A stretch of DNA of 64,000 bases, taken from NCBI GenBank assembly GCA_902571355.1, contig CACGBL010000001.1, positions 13,803 through 77,802 on the forward strand, in the 5' to 3' direction. The translations under genes and the position numbers were made by a program. The first letter of the stretch is position 1, and the number at the start of each line of letters is the position of its first letter. The notes beneath the pieces are model-generated. The model did not search any database. It worked only from the letters and a program-made list of their open reading frames with translations, and was not told the DNA's origin. This document shows positions 43,070 through 64,000 of this stretch, piece by piece. This DNA is from an uncultured Synechococcaceae cyanobacterium. GTDB lineage: Bacteria; Cyanobacteriota; Cyanobacteriia; PCC-6307; Cyanobiaceae.

Positions 43070-44623
43070 TTATTTTTTTAATATTAATTTCCATGGATTT
43101 AAAACATCATTTTCGTATATTACTTCAAAAGAATCATCATTATTGTTTATTGTTTTAAGGTCAGTTGTCCATGCTAATTCAGATTTTTTTAACTGATTAA
43201 TACTTTCTAATCCTCCACCTAATTTAGGAGTTGATAAAGAAATCCTTATGATTTTTGATTGCGATCGAGAGTTGTTGATTCCTTTTTTATCAACCATGAT
43301 CGTTTGATTTTTTACTAAATCAAGGGATGAAACATATTCCATTTTCTCTCTTAGTTCTCTAGATCTATCAGTGAATAAACCTGATTGCAAAATAAATGAA
43401 GTGAATAAGTAAGGCCCAATTATTAGAGTTATTAATATTTCTTTGAACGAATTTTTATGTTTTATTAATGACCAAGATAAGCCGAAAGATAATAAACCAA
43501 TGAATATAAATGTATTTTCCCTTGTATTAAAGTTAATTGAATCTTTAAAGAAAAAATAATATGTGAAAGTTAGAGCAAATATAAAAAAAGGAATTATTTT
43601 TGAAGTAATAAATATAAAAAATCGACTATATTTGTAAGATTTGAATAAATACTTTATTCCTACATAAGTATTTAATGAAAAAATAGATGAGATTTGTAGA
43701 GAATAGTAGGGTGTTTTTGTAGAGAAAAAGCTAAGGATCGCTACTAAAATTAAAGGGAAAAAAGCTAGTATGTATTTAGTCTCTTTACTTTGAGAAATAT
43801 TGTATGTTGTGCCAATAATTGCAAAAAAACTCCATGGCAGAAATGTTATGGGTATATTCCAGAAATAATAATAGAAAGGATTTGTAAAAGTATTTTTACT
43901 CGATAGAAAGTTAAACTTTTCAACTAAGTAAAAAATAATATTTTTGTCTAAATAACGATTGATAGAAAACGTCCAGAATAAAAAAGGAATAAATCCAATT
44001 AATAGTCCTAACCAAAAGAATTTGATGAATAAAAAATTTTTTTTAAAAAAAATATATGGTATGAGTGCTAATAACGGCACAATAACTAAAAAAGTTTTCA
44101 TCATAAAAGCTAAACCAATCCAAATTCCAAAAAGCAGAATATAGAATTTGTTATTTTTACTTTTTATTTTGACTAAAGCTAATACTCCAATAGTTACTAA
44201 ACATGAATAAATAATATCTTGAGTGGCTAAGTGTGAGTAGTCAAACCATATATATGTAGTAGCAAGGATTAGTGGAGATATAATTGCATATTTTTTATTA
44301 AATAATTCTTCATGTAATTTATAAGTTGTAAATAGCATCAATATTGAAGCGACAGTTGTTGGTAGATATGCAGCAAAAATATTTCTTCCAAATAAGTCTT
44401 GCGACTTTGCTATTAAAAACTGTAATCCTATTGTTCTATCTAAAACATATTCATCCCACCAAAGTGGAATTGACCAGTTACCTTTTTCTAATATCCATCT
44501 AGCTTGTAGTGCATAAAAACCCTCATCAAACGCAATATAACTTCTTTTGCCAAAATAAAATATAAGAGGAATAAAAACAAATAATTTAAAGAGATATCTA
44601 AATTTTAAAATTTTATTAACCAT
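43070..44623 (-). CDS. ArnT/PMT-family (GT-C) integral membrane glycosyltransferase
   Basis: FDEGFYA loop motif, many TM segments, PFYYY..P..FLPW, K.PYY. Confidence 0.87.
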   Translation of the reverse strand: MVNKILKFRYLFKLFVFIPLIFYFGKRSYIAFDEGFYALQARWILEKGNWSIPLWWDEYVLDRTIGLQFLIAKSQDLFGRNIFAAYLPTTVASILMLFTTYKLHEELFNKKYAIISPLILATTYIWFDYSHLATQDIIYSCLVTIGVLALVKIKSKNNKFYILLFGIWIGLAFMMKTFLVIVPLLALIPYIFFKKNFLFIKFFWLGLLIGFIPFLFWTFSINRYLDKNIIFYLVEKFNFLSSKNTFTNPFYYYFWNIPITFLPWSFFAIIGTTYNISQSKETKYILAFFPLILVAILSFFSTKTPYYSLQISSIFSLNTYVGIKYLFKSYKYSRFFIFITSKIIPFFIFALTFTYYFFFKDSINFNTRENTFIFIGLLSFGLSWSLIKHKNSFKEILITLIIGPYLFTSFILQSGLFTDRSRELREKMEYVSSLDLVKNQTIMVDKKGINNSRSQSKIIRISLSTPKLGGGLESINQLKKSELAWTTDLKTINNNDDSFEVIYENDVLNPWKLILKK

Positions 44624-44641
44624 TTTAATTTGCTATGTAAG

Positions 44642-44713
44642 TGCCGATAATTGGAATTGAACCAATGACCTACTGTTTACGAGACAGTTGCTCTACCACT
44701 GAGCTACACCGGC
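44642..44713 (-). tRNA. tRNA-Thr(CGT)
   Basis: Reverse complement GCCGGTGTAGCTCAGTGGTAGAGCAACTGTCT-CGT-AAACAGTAGGTCATTGGTTCAATTCCAATTATCGGCA folds as a cloverleaf. Confidence 0.96.
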
Positions 44714-44755
44714 CTAATTAAATATTGAATTTTTCATATAGACTTAATTTTATAA

Positions 44756-45004
44756 TTGAAAGAATTTATGTCAAAAATAGATCCTGAATTGAAAAAGAAA
44801 TTATTAAAGGAATCCCAAGCTCCTTTCAAGGGATTGAGAAGAATATTGTGGATTGCTTTTAGCGGTTCTGCATTTTTGGGACTTCTAATAATGCTTTCCA
44901 GAATTGCAAGCGGAACTGAATTACAGCTAAATAACCTTCTCATACAGTTGGTTGCTTGTGTAATATTTCCTACTTTATTAATCTTTGACAGAAATAAAGA
45001 TTAA
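44756..45004 (+). CDS. Small two-TM cyanobacterial protein (DUF3493-like)
   Basis: L..E...PF.GLRR motif plus two hydrophobic helices; start may be the ATG at 44768. Confidence 0.8.
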   Translation: MKEFMSKIDPELKKKLLKESQAPFKGLRRILWIAFSGSAFLGLLIMLSRIASGTELQLNNLLIQLVACVIFPTLLIFDRNKD

Positions 45005-45020
45005 TAAGCTAGAGGTTTAA

Positions 45021-48000
45021 TTATTGTGATAGGGTCCTTTTTTTGGTGACAAATTTGAATGCTTCTATTAAATCTCCTTCAATCCATGAAGAGAATTTAT
45101 CACAGCCAACTCCACATTCAAATCCTGTATTTACTTCTTTTACATCATCTTTAGCTCTTTTTAGAGAGTCCAAATTACCCTCAAATATTACTTTCTCTGA
45201 TCTAATAACTCTCAGAGAACAATTCCTTTGTAATTTGCCAGTTTGTATATAGCAGCCTGCAATAGCTCCTTTGCCAACTGCGAAAGTTGCTCTAACTTCA
45301 GCTTGCCCTAATGATTCTTCGACAAGATCGGGTTCAAGTAGCCCTTCCATGGCCAACTGAATATCTTCTAAAAGTTTATAAATTACTTCATATTCTCTTA
45401 TGTCAACGTCATTAGCATCAGCTGCTCTCTTGGCCCCAGAAGCCAATGAGGTATTGAATCCAATGATTACTGACCCAGATGCAGCAGCGAGATCGATATC
45501 TGTCTCAGTTATTTCTCCGGGAGCAGAAAGTAGGACTCTGACTTGAACTTCATTTTTAGGTAATTGTTCTAGTGATCCTAATATCGCTTCAACACTACCT
45601 TGAACATCAGCCTTGAGAATTAAGTTTAACTCCTTAAGTTCTCCATCATTTGCTTGAGTTGATAAGGATGATAAGCTGACTCTTCTAGAGGCCATTTGCT
45701 GAGCTAATTTTGTGGCTCTAGCATCTTTTGCCCTCTCTCCGACAATGGCTCGACCAGTTTTCTCGTCAGGGTAGACTTCGAATTCGTCCCCTGCAGTGGG
45801 TACTTCACTGAATCCTAGCGCTTCCACTGGGAATGATGGCCCTGCTTCTTTGATTCTATTACCATGTTCATCAACCATTGCTCTAATTTTTCCAAGGACT
45901 GAACCCGCAGCTAAAACATCTCCAGATTTCAAGGTTCCATTTTGTACTAACAAAGTGGCCACAGGTCCTTTTGCTTTGTCTAGGTGAGCTTCAATAACAG
46001 TACCTTTTGCAAATCTATCAGGGTTAGCTTGTAGATCTTCTACCTCTGAAACTAATAAGATCATTTCGAGTAATTTATCAATGTTTTGTTTTTTGATAGC
46101 ACTTACTGGAACCATCACTGTATCGCCTCCCCAATCTTCGGCAATTAAATCTTTTTCTGATAGTTCCTGCTTTACTTTGTCAGGAGAAGCCCCTTCTTTG
46201 TCAATTTTATTTATTGCAACAACTATTGGTACTTTTGCAGCTCTTGCATGACTGATAGCTTCTAGTGTTTGAGGTCTGCAACCATCATCTGCAGCAACTA
46301 CAAGAACAGCGACATCTGTAACCTTTGCACCCCTTGCTCTCATTGCCGTGAAGGCTTCATGACCAGGGGTATCAAGAAAAGTTAATTTTTTCTTTTGAGA
46401 TTCATGTTCAAATTCAACTTGATAAGCTCCTATGTGTTGAGTGATGCCCCCTGCTTCCCCTGAAGCTACTCTTGATTCTCTGATGGAATCTAAAAGACTT
46501 GTTTTGCCATGATCTACATGACCCATCACTGTAATAACAGGTGGTCTTCTTATTAGATTATCAATATCATCAGATTCAATCATATCAACTGTTTTCTCAG
46601 CAGCTTCTTGGATATCATCTTGTAAAACAGGCACCCCAAATTCTTCTGCTACTGTTTCGATAGTTGCTAAGTCAAGTGATTGAGTTACAGTTGCTGTTAT
46701 GCCTTTGAAGAAAAGAGATTTTATTATTTCAGAACTTTCAAGACTTAGTTTATCAGCTAATTCTTGAACAGTTAAATTATCTTCCGGAACTATTATCATT
46801 TCAGGTCTTACTTGTTTGGCCTCTTTAGCAGCCTTTAATTCCAATGCTCTCCTTTTCTGCCTTTGTCTTGTGGTCTCTTTTTTCTTCTTCTTAAATTGTT
46901 TGATAGATTTTTGAGATTTAGTTTCTTCAGACTTTTCTTTCTTAGGACGCGCCAGACTTGCTGATAAAATTGAAATTTTCTCGCCTGAATATCCACTGGT
47001 TTCTGATGTTAATGAATCATCATTTTCACCAATAATATGAACTTTCTGCCTTTGTTTTTGGGGATTTTTACTTCTTAATGCTTCAAGTTTTGCGCTATCA
47101 TCCCAGTCTGTCTTTCCAGGTTTCTTTGAACTATTTGAAAATGCTCTGTGAGGAGGTTTTTTGGAACTTGGAGTAGCATTTGGACGACTATTAGGCGCTT
47201 TAACCTTTTGCTTAGATTCATCGATATTTTGTTTTGCGTTATTCTTTACACCTATTTTGTCTTTCCCAGAGTTGTTATTTTTTTGAAGTTGTAAAAGTTC
47301 GTTAGGTGATACTGGCTTCCTAATCCCAGAGGTATTTTGGCCATTGAATTTAGAACTAGGCCTATTATTGGGTATGCCAGGTCTGTTGGGAGAACCAGGT
47401 CTATTGGGATTGCCTTGCCTATTAAATGAGCCAGGTCTGCCTTGATCTGAAGGTTTGTTTCTTAGACCAGGCCTATTGGGCATGCCAGGTCTGTTGGGAG
47501 AACCAGGTCTGTTTGAGGCGGTTTGTTTAAAAGCAATGTTTTGCTTATGATTATTTTGCTTATTAGGATTTATTTTTGGATCTTCTCTTCTTATTGGAGC
47601 TCCTACGAGCTCAGGGGTTTTCATTCTATTATTAAAATTTTTTGTTGTAGGTTTGTTCGTATTTTGATCAGGTTTGTTTGATAGTCGTCTTTTATCTCCT
47701 GCACTTGAGATGTTCTGGGAAGATTCATTAGATTTAACATTATTATTTATATTTTTAGGCTTTGCGATTAATTGAATAGGTGGTTTTGCAGGACTTTTGA
47801 TAGGTGGGGTTGTTTTATTTTCGAAAGTTTTTTTATCTTGGTTTAAATTCTTTGAATGTTTACTATTTATATTTGTATTTGCAAGATTTGCTCGAGATTG
47901 TGAACTTTTAATAGTATTAGGTTTATTGGGATTTTGAAGTTGATTTGAAATTATTTTTACACTCTCAGGCTTGTTAAGTGGTTTTATCAATAAGGGTTTT

Positions 48001-48299
48001 ATTTTTGAATTATCTTTAAGAGGTTTCCCTGTTTTAGAAGAAATAACAGGAGATTTATCTTCTTTGTTTTGTTTGAAATTATCTTTTTTAATTGAAGGTT
48101 TATTAATGGAAAGTATTTTTTTATCTGAATTATTTTTATTAATAAGATTTTTAATTTTTTTTGCCTCTTCTGCACTAATACAACTGCTATGGCTTTTTAC
48201 TGAAATTGAAAGTTTTTGAGCGGCATCTAGTACATCTTTATTTTCCAGATTTAAGTCTCTGGAAAGTTCGTAAATTCTGATTTTATCGCTGATAGTCAT
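45021..48299 (-). CDS. infB: Translation initiation factor IF-2
   Basis: [29 protein letters not shown]. Confidence 0.99.
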   Translation of the reverse strand: MTISDKIRIYELSRDLNLENKDVLDAAQKLSISVKSHSSCISAEEAKKIKNLINKNNSDKKILSINKPSIKKDNFKQNKEDKSPVISSKTGKPLKDNSKIKPLLIKPLNKPESVKIISNQLQNPNKPNTIKSSQSRANLANTNINSKHSKNLNQDKKTFENKTTPPIKSPAKPPIQLIAKPKNINNNVKSNESSQNISSAGDKRRLSNKPDQNTNKPTTKNFNNRMKTPELVGAPIRREDPKINPNKQNNHKQNIAFKQTASNRPGSPNRPGMPNRPGLRNKPSDQGRPGSFNRQGNPNRPGSPNRPGIPNNRPSSKFNGQNTSGIRKPVSPNELLQLQKNNNSGKDKIGVKNNAKQNIDESKQKVKAPNSRPNATPSSKKPPHRAFSNSSKKPGKTDWDDSAKLEALRSKNPQKQRQKVHIIGENDDSLTSETSGYSGEKISILSASLARPKKEKSEETKSQKSIKQFKKKKKETTRQRQKRRALELKAAKEAKQVRPEMIIVPEDNLTVQELADKLSLESSEIIKSLFFKGITATVTQSLDLATIETVAEEFGVPVLQDDIQEAAEKTVDMIESDDIDNLIRRPPVITVMGHVDHGKTSLLDSIRESRVASGEAGGITQHIGAYQVEFEHESQKKKLTFLDTPGHEAFTAMRARGAKVTDVAVLVVAADDGCRPQTLEAISHARAAKVPIVVAINKIDKEGASPDKVKQELSEKDLIAEDWGGDTVMVPVSAIKKQNIDKLLEMILLVSEVEDLQANPDRFAKGTVIEAHLDKAKGPVATLLVQNGTLKSGDVLAAGSVLGKIRAMVDEHGNRIKEAGPSFPVEALGFSEVPTAGDEFEVYPDEKTGRAIVGERAKDARATKLAQQMASRRVSLSSLSTQANDGELKELNLILKADVQGSVEAILGSLEQLPKNEVQVRVLLSAPGEITETDIDLAAASGSVIIGFNTSLASGAKRAADANDVDIREYEVIYKLLEDIQLAMEGLLEPDLVEESLGQAEVRATFAVGKGAIAGCYIQTGKLQRNCSLRVIRSEKVIFEGNLDSLKRAKDDVKEVNTGFECGVGCDKFSSWIEGDLIEAFKFVTKKRTLSQ
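47366..47515 (-). repeat. NRPGxP coding repeats in the infB N-terminal region
   Basis: 18-bp-period units; exact 29-bp duplicate ATGCCAGGTCTGTTGGGAGAACCAGGTCT at 47374-47402 and 47482-47510. Confidence 0.9.
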
Positions 48300-48355
48300 T
48301 TAATCTGATTAGTACTCTTTTGAAATTGAAGAGGATTTAGTTTAATTATATTCCC

Positions 48356-48628
48356 TTAATGGGGATAGTTATTGTAGCTTGTAATTTCTTTTTCAAAAAT
48401 TTCAATAAATTCAGGTTCTAAAATTGTTTTTAAAGCTTTTTGAAGCTTTTTTTTGATCTTTGAATCTGAGTAACATTTTTTTGACTTGCAAATGTAAGCT
48501 GATCTCCCCATTCCCTTTTGAAGCATGATGCCTTGCTTATAATCTTTAGTAATCTTTAAAAGATCTTTCCGGTCAAATGTTTTTCTACATGAAATGCATA
48601 CACGCAAAACAGGGATTTGTTGTATCAC
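48356..48628 (-). CDS. YlxR/RnpM family RNA-binding protein
   Basis: P.R.CISCR, GRSAYIC; between nusA and infB. Confidence 0.9.
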   Translation of the reverse strand: MIQQIPVLRVCISCRKTFDRKDLLKITKDYKQGIMLQKGMGRSAYICKSKKCYSDSKIKKKLQKALKTILEPEFIEIFEKEITSYNNYPH

Positions 48629-50028
48629 CGTTTTTTCTCCTCTTTGGCAGATATCTCAGTATCTTGAACAGTCTCTAATGGATCATTATCTGTGAATTCT
48701 TCTCCTTCGTATTGTTCCTCTCCATATTCTTCATCATCTTCGGGAAGGGGATAAAGCTCTCTTAATCTTGCATCTTCTGCAGCACGCTCAGCTTGTTCTG
48801 CTTCTAATCTTAATTCAGCTTCTCTCTGAAGGTTCTCTTCATCTTCCCTTTGAATGATTAATTCAGAGACTGCAGCATCTTCTGCTTCCTGATCGTATTC
48901 ATGTGAGTTTTTAACGTCAATCTTCCAACCAGTTAATCTTGCGGCAAGTCTTACATTTTGACCTTCTCTACCAATTGCGAGACTTAATTGATCAGGAGGA
49001 ACTAGTACGTGCGCATGTTGCCCTGCTGGGTCTACAAGTCTTACTTGATCGACTTTCGCAGGACTTAAAGAGTTTAAAATATACTGTATTGGATTAGATG
49101 ACCATTTAATAACATCAATTTTTTCTCCTCTTAATTCATTTACTACTTGTTGAATTCTTGCTCCTCTAGCTCCAATACAGGCACCTACAGGGTCCACTTC
49201 TTCTTCTACACTATCAACAGCTACTTTTGTTCTTGGCCCAACAGCTCTTGAGGGAGGGTTGGCTTCTCTTGAAACAGCAACGATTTTCACTGTACCTTCT
49301 TGAATTTCAGGGACTTCATTTTCAAACAAATAAACCACTAAACCAGCATTTGCTCTACTTACAAAAAGTTGCGGCCCTTTTCTTGCAATTTCGCTAACTT
49401 CCTTCAGAAATACTTTGAAAGTTGCATTTGCTCTATAATTATCATTTGGTAATTGATCTCTCTTGGGAAGTTCGGCCTCTACTTCAGGTCTACCAATACC
49501 CGAACTAACTCCCATAATGACTGATTGTCTTTCAAATCTTATAACTCTTGCAGTTAAAACAGGATCTTCCAAATCCGCAAATTCTTCTTGGATCATTTTT
49601 CTTTGTTGATCTCTTAATTTTTGGGCTAAAACTTGCTTTGTTGTTGAAGCAGCCATTCGCCCAAAATCCTCTTTTTCTGGAGTAACGTCTAAAACAACTG
49701 TGTCACCTATTTGGGCATCAGCTGCTACTTGTTTAACTTCTAAAAGAGATATTTGATGATCTTCGCTCTCAACTTCTTCAACAATTATTTTACTCGATAA
49801 TATCCTATAACCTTCTTCATCTAGATCTAGTCCAACATCAAAATTACTGAAATATTCTTCATCAAATGGATCTTGGTTAACTCCAATGTAAAAAGTTTTT
49901 CTATATTTTTCGTATCCTTTTAATAAAGCTTCGCGTAAGGCTAATTCCACGATATTAGGAGGTAACTTTTTTTCCTCACTAATGTCTTCAATGAGATTGT
50001 TTAAACCTGGGAGAATAACTAATGCCAT
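48625..50028 (-). CDS. nusA: Transcription termination/antitermination factor NusA
   Basis: FGRMAA, VDPVGACIG, AIGREGQNVRLAARLTGW. Confidence 0.98.
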   Translation of the reverse strand: MALVILPGLNNLIEDISEEKKLPPNIVELALREALLKGYEKYRKTFYIGVNQDPFDEEYFSNFDVGLDLDEEGYRILSSKIIVEEVESEDHQISLLEVKQVAADAQIGDTVVLDVTPEKEDFGRMAASTTKQVLAQKLRDQQRKMIQEEFADLEDPVLTARVIRFERQSVIMGVSSGIGRPEVEAELPKRDQLPNDNYRANATFKVFLKEVSEIARKGPQLFVSRANAGLVVYLFENEVPEIQEGTVKIVAVSREANPPSRAVGPRTKVAVDSVEEEVDPVGACIGARGARIQQVVNELRGEKIDVIKWSSNPIQYILNSLSPAKVDQVRLVDPAGQHAHVLVPPDQLSLAIGREGQNVRLAARLTGWKIDVKNSHEYDQEAEDAAVSELIIQREDEENLQREAELRLEAEQAERAAEDARLRELYPLPEDDEEYGEEQYEGEEFTDNDPLETVQDTEISAKEEKKR

Positions 50029-50062
50029 CTATGATGGGAAATTGAATAATGGTTGAAAATAA

Positions 50063-50530
50063 TTAGTCTTTTAATGTACAAAGGCTAATTTTTAGTACTT
50101 CATCAAAGGGGATTTTTTTAATCTTACCTTTTATGTTAATGGCTAAATAATCTTTAGACTTTTCATAAAGTAAACCATTAAGAAATTTTATTTTTGAATT
50201 CTTTTGGTTTAACTCAACATTAACTGGAAAACCTTTAAAAGTTTTGAAGTCTCTTTCTGAGGTTAGTTCATCACTGACCCCTTGACTACTAATTTCTAAC
50301 ACATATGAACAATTTAAAAGATTTGATTTTTCTATTTCGTCAGATGCTGGGGTATTTAATAGCGCACAATCATCTAAGGAAATGTCATCCCCATTAGTTT
50401 TTCTTATTATTATTTCAATAACAATTGGATTTTGATTAGTTTTTATATTTAAACCGCAGATTTCTAAATCCCGCTTATTAGCAACTTTTTCAAGTAAAGC
50501 TTCTAGTTTACTTTTGTTTTCTTTATTCAA
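50063..50530 (-). CDS. rimP: Ribosome maturation factor RimP
   Basis: ISLDDC, Y.LEISS.G; first gene of the nusA-infB operon. Confidence 0.93.
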   Translation of the reverse strand: MNKENKSKLEALLEKVANKRDLEICGLNIKTNQNPIVIEIIIRKTNGDDISLDDCALLNTPASDEIEKSNLLNCSYVLEISSQGVSDELTSERDFKTFKGFPVNVELNQKNSKIKFLNGLLYEKSKDYLAINIKGKIKKIPFDEVLKISLCTLKD

Positions 50531-50622
50531 ATTTATTAATAAATTTATTTAAAATTTATTTTCACACATTAAGAAGTTTTTTCTATAGAAAAATTTAAAA
50601 AATTTGCATTTTATGGATGTAA

Positions 50623-51819
<1,197 letters not shown>

Positions 51820-51866
51820 AGCACCCATTGAAATTTAATAATCAATAACAATTAGAAAAAAAGATT

Positions 51867-52580
51867 TTGGATTCACAAACTCAAATGAAACAAGCAGTTG
51901 CTGATGCAGCAATAAAGGAAGTAAAGAGTGACATGATTCTTGGATTAGGTTCTGGATCAACAGCTGCGTTAATGATAAAAAGCCTTGCAGATGAAATACG
52001 TTCTGGGAAACTCCAAAATATAAGGGGTGTTGCAACTTCTTTTCAATCAGAAGTTTTAGCGCTTGAACTGGATATCCCGCTTATCGATTTAGCTTCTGTA
52101 TCTCAAATTGATCTAGCTATTGATGGAGCAGATGAAGTTGATCCAGGATTTCAATTAATAAAAGGAGGAGGAGCATGCCATGTTAGAGAAAAGTTAGTGG
52201 CATCTAAAGCTAATCAATTGTTGATTGTAGTTGATGAAACTAAACTTGTACAAAATCTAAATCAATCTTTCCCTTTACCTGTAGAAGTTCTTCCAAATGC
52301 CTGGAAGCAAGTTCAGGAAGTGATTTCAGAAATGAATGGCAGTTCTTCTTTAAGAATGGCAATTAAAAAAGCTGGCCCTGTTGTTACTGACCAAGGCAAC
52401 CTCATCCTAGATGTATTATTTAATGATGGTATTAAGAATCCAAAAGACATTGAAATGAAGATTAATAATATTCCTGGAGTATTAGAAAATGGATTATTCG
52501 TTGATCTTACAGACAAAGTATTAGTTGGAAAAATCGAAGACAACATTCCAATGGTCTACTCACCCTCGAGAGCTAGCTAA
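51867..52580 (+). CDS. rpiA: Ribose-5-phosphate isomerase A
   Basis: GLGSGST, DGADEVD, KGGGA..REK. Confidence 0.97.
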   Translation: MDSQTQMKQAVADAAIKEVKSDMILGLGSGSTAALMIKSLADEIRSGKLQNIRGVATSFQSEVLALELDIPLIDLASVSQIDLAIDGADEVDPGFQLIKGGGACHVREKLVASKANQLLIVVDETKLVQNLNQSFPLPVEVLPNAWKQVQEVISEMNGSSSLRMAIKKAGPVVTDQGNLILDVLFNDGIKNPKDIEMKINNIPGVLENGLFVDLTDKVLVGKIEDNIPMVYSPSRAS

Positions 52581-53863
52581 TCTTCAAATCTTATTTCTAC
52601 AGAGTTAGCGTGGCTATGTAAGCCTTCACTTTTAGCAAGATTAATAATATCAAGGCTATTAACTTTTAAACTTTCTTCATTAAATTCTATTATTGAAGTA
52701 TTTTTCATAAAAGTTTCAACCCCTAAAGAACCGCTAAATCTAGAATTTCCTGACGTGGGTAAAGTATGATTTGGTCCAGCAAGATAATCTCCAACAGCTT
52801 CTGGGGTCCATTTTCCTAAAAATATCGCTCCTGCATTCTCAATACTTGCAAGAATTTTTTTTGAATCTATGGTAAGGATTTCCAGATGTTCAGGAGCAAA
52901 GTTATTGCTTAGTTCAACACATGATTCGTAATTCTCGCAAATCACAATTAAACCCCAATTTTTTATTGATTGCATGCAAATTTCTTTTCTTGGATGATCA
53001 TCTATTCGTTTATAAAGTTCTTCTAAAACTTCTTTTGCCTGGTTCTTTGATGTAGTTAAAAGTATTGATGAAGCTAAAGGATCATGCTCTGCTTGCGCTA
53101 GTAGATCAGATGCTATATGAGTGCTCTGAGCTGTTTCATCTGCAATGATTAATATTTCACTAGGACCAGCTAAAGAATCAATCCCTGTAGAGCCATAAAT
53201 GAGTTTTTTCGCAGTTGTAACATAAATATTCCCTGGACCTGAAATAACATCAACTTTATTAATTTGATTTGTGCCAAATGCTAAAGCACCAATTGCTTGA
53301 GCTCCTCCAACTCTAAATACTTTATTGATCCCTGATAAGTGAGCTGCAGCCAAAACAGTTTTGTTTATTTCCCCTTCTTTATTCCCAGGAGATACCATTA
53401 TAATTTCTTCTACTCCTGCTACTTTTGCAGGTATAGCATTCATCAATACTGTACTTGGATAAGCAGCCCTACCTCCAGGAATATAAATACCTGCATTTTT
53501 AATTGGTCTCCATCTTCTTTGGACGATATCACCATATTCACCTTTTATAGTAAAAGATTGAGGAATTTCTTTTTCATGGAATTTTTTAATTCTTTCATGA
53601 GCTACTACAAGTGAGTGCTTCAAATTGTTATCAATTTCATTCCATGCATTTTTTATTTGATCCGCACTCACTTGCATAGGGTCAGGATCGAAACCATCAA
53701 ATTTTTTTGTATATTTTTCTACCGCTATATCTCCAGAAATTTTTACCTCTTGAATAATTTCTTCAACAATTCTATTTATCTTATTATTGTTTTCTGAATT
53801 AGTTCGAGTAGAAATCCTTTTTAATTCTTCAATAGCTTCTTTTTTATTATTTATGATCTTCAT
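52577..53863 (-). CDS. hisD: Histidinol dehydrogenase
   Basis: [35 protein letters not shown]. Confidence 0.98.
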   Translation of the reverse strand: MKIINNKKEAIEELKRISTRTNSENNNKINRIVEEIIQEVKISGDIAVEKYTKKFDGFDPDPMQVSADQIKNAWNEIDNNLKHSLVVAHERIKKFHEKEIPQSFTIKGEYGDIVQRRWRPIKNAGIYIPGGRAAYPSTVLMNAIPAKVAGVEEIIMVSPGNKEGEINKTVLAAAHLSGINKVFRVGGAQAIGALAFGTNQINKVDVISGPGNIYVTTAKKLIYGSTGIDSLAGPSEILIIADETAQSTHIASDLLAQAEHDPLASSILLTTSKNQAKEVLEELYKRIDDHPRKEICMQSIKNWGLIVICENYESCVELSNNFAPEHLEILTIDSKKILASIENAGAIFLGKWTPEAVGDYLAGPNHTLPTSGNSRFSGSLGVETFMKNTSIIEFNEESLKVNSLDIINLAKSEGLHSHANSVEIRFED

Positions 53864-53983
53864 TTGCTTAATTTTTTCAAATAGAAAGGCTCAAAACCCA
53901 ATTTAATATCTCTTAAATTATATATGATTGATTAGTAGTCGATCTATTTGTTATGATAAGGATCTTCTATTTATGCACCCTCT

Positions 53984-54277
53984 GTGGCCAACAACAAATC
54001 AGCAAAAAAGAGAATACAAATTGCCGAAAGAAATCGTTTAATAAATAAGTCATATAAATCTACTGTTAGGACTTTAACTAAAAAAACCTTAGAGAACTGC
54101 GAAAAATATAAAAAAAACCCTAATGAGGATAATAAAAATTTAGTGAAAACAAGTCTTAATAAAGCTTTTAGCTTAATTGATAAAGCAGTTAAAAAAAATG
54201 TTCTTCATAAGAACAACGGTGCTAATAAAAAATCGAAAATCAATAATTTTGTAAAAACCACTCTTACCACTAAGTAA
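53984..54277 (+). CDS. rpsT: 30S ribosomal protein S20
   Basis: MANNKSAKKRI, IDKA.KK.VLHKN. Confidence 0.97.
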   Translation: MANNKSAKKRIQIAERNRLINKSYKSTVRTLTKKTLENCEKYKKNPNEDNKNLVKTSLNKAFSLIDKAVKKNVLHKNNGANKKSKINNFVKTTLTTK

Positions 54278-54295
54278 TAAAGACAGATCATAATT

Positions 54296-55105
54296 ATGAG
54301 CGATATAGAACTCATAGACTCCCACTGTCATTTAATATTTGAAAATTTTGAGAAAGATCTTGAAGATGTTGTTTTAAGATTGCGTTCAAGAGGTGTAAAA
54401 AAATTAGTTCATGCTTGTTGTGAATTAACAGAAATTCCAAAGTTGAAAAAAATATCCCATGAATTTAATGAAATTTACTATTCAGTTGGTTTGCATCCGC
54501 TAGAAGCAAAAAAATGGGAACAAAGTTCAAAATCTCTTCTAAGAAAATCAGCTCTAGAAGATAGACGAGTTGTAGCCATTGGGGAATTAGGCTTGGATTT
54601 TTTTAAAAATGAAAATAAAACTCAGCAGATTGAAGCACTTATTCCGCAAATGGAATTAGCTTATGAACTTCAATTACCCGTAATTATCCATTGCAGAGAT
54701 GCTGCAAATGAAATGATTGAAATATGTAGTGATCTCTCTAAAAAAGGAAAATGTCCTGATGGTGTACTTCATTGTTGGACAGGAACACCAACAGAAATGA
54801 AGCATTTCTTGGATTTTGGATTTTACATCAGTTTTAGTGGTATAGTCACATTCCCAAAAGCATATGAAATTCATGAGTGTGCCAAAATAGTCCCAAATGA
54901 TAAATACTTAATTGAAACTGATTCACCATTTTTAGCTCCTGTCCCTCATAGGGGTAAAAGAAATGAACCTGCGTTTGTTGAAAATGTTGCCAATTTTATG
55001 GCGGATTTAAGATCTACTGAATTAACTACAATTGCTAGAGAGTCATATAAGAATGCTGAAGATTTGTTTAAATTTGACTTGTTAAGTAGACGTAGCAGCT
55101 GTTAG
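54296..55105 (+). CDS. tatD: TatD family nuclease
   Basis: DSHCH, GLHP, GELGLD, HCR, HCW, ETDSPFLAP. Confidence 0.95.
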   Translation: MSDIELIDSHCHLIFENFEKDLEDVVLRLRSRGVKKLVHACCELTEIPKLKKISHEFNEIYYSVGLHPLEAKKWEQSSKSLLRKSALEDRRVVAIGELGLDFFKNENKTQQIEALIPQMELAYELQLPVIIHCRDAANEMIEICSDLSKKGKCPDGVLHCWTGTPTEMKHFLDFGFYISFSGIVTFPKAYEIHECAKIVPNDKYLIETDSPFLAPVPHRGKRNEPAFVENVANFMADLRSTELTTIARESYKNAEDLFKFDLLSRRSSC

Positions 55106-55325
55106 GATTAGGAATTACTGGAAATTTTTCTTAATTTTTTGACTTTAACAATCACAGCTATCATTTATCAGCATTAAACAAAATTAAATTTGTTTTTTTC
55201 TGATTGTTTTTTTGTTGAAATAGAGATTTATTTGTTGATCTCATTTTGCTTGAAAAGTTAAAAGACTAATTATTGAGTAAATTAAAAGTAAATAGTAAAT
55301 TTCACAAAATCGCAGGTTTTCTTGG

Positions 55326-60562
<5,237 letters not shown>

Positions 60563-60569
60563 TCTTTAA

Positions 60570-64000
<3,431 letters not shown>

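Noticed and set aside
55167-55213. AU-rich hairpin plus T tract upstream of rpoB as a terminator or attenuator
   Set aside because: The stem is almost all A-U with internal loops, too weak to call.

Overview
AT-rich cyanobacterial chromosome segment. Gene content, synteny and low GC point to a high-light Prochlorococcus marinus (inference). Most of it is core genome: end of the ribosomal protein cluster (rplQ-truA-rplM-rpsI-rpmE-prfA), alr, cbiG-cobJ, psaAB, psaI-psaL, lipA, Fd-GOGAT, the str operon (rpsL-rpsG-fusA-tuf-rpsJ), pheA, rne-rnhB, dapL, clpS, rimP-nusA-ylxR-infB, rpiA, hisD, rpsT, tatD and rpoB-rpoC1-rpoC2 (truncated), plus tRNA-Ser(GCT) and tRNA-Thr(CGT). The main accessory feature is a ~4.2 kb islet at the 3' end of tRNA-Ser. 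It holds a decayed tyrosine-integrase remnant and a tightly coupled four-gene operon: NodU/CmcH carbamoyltransferase, SxtJ-like membrane protein, a 53-aa SxtK/DUF5989-like peptide missed by the ORF track, and a membrane-anchored SGNH protein. The peptide ends in FIYSIF-COOH, which matches the DltX/AlgI-type tyrosine acyl-shuttle motif. This suggests an MBOAT-free trans-membrane carbamoyl relay for cell-surface modification (hypothesis). Other oddities are a homopolymer-frameshifted membrane protein gene beside psaI, a resolvase with Thr in place of the catalytic Ser, and an ArnT/GT2 pair directly downstream of tRNA-Thr.
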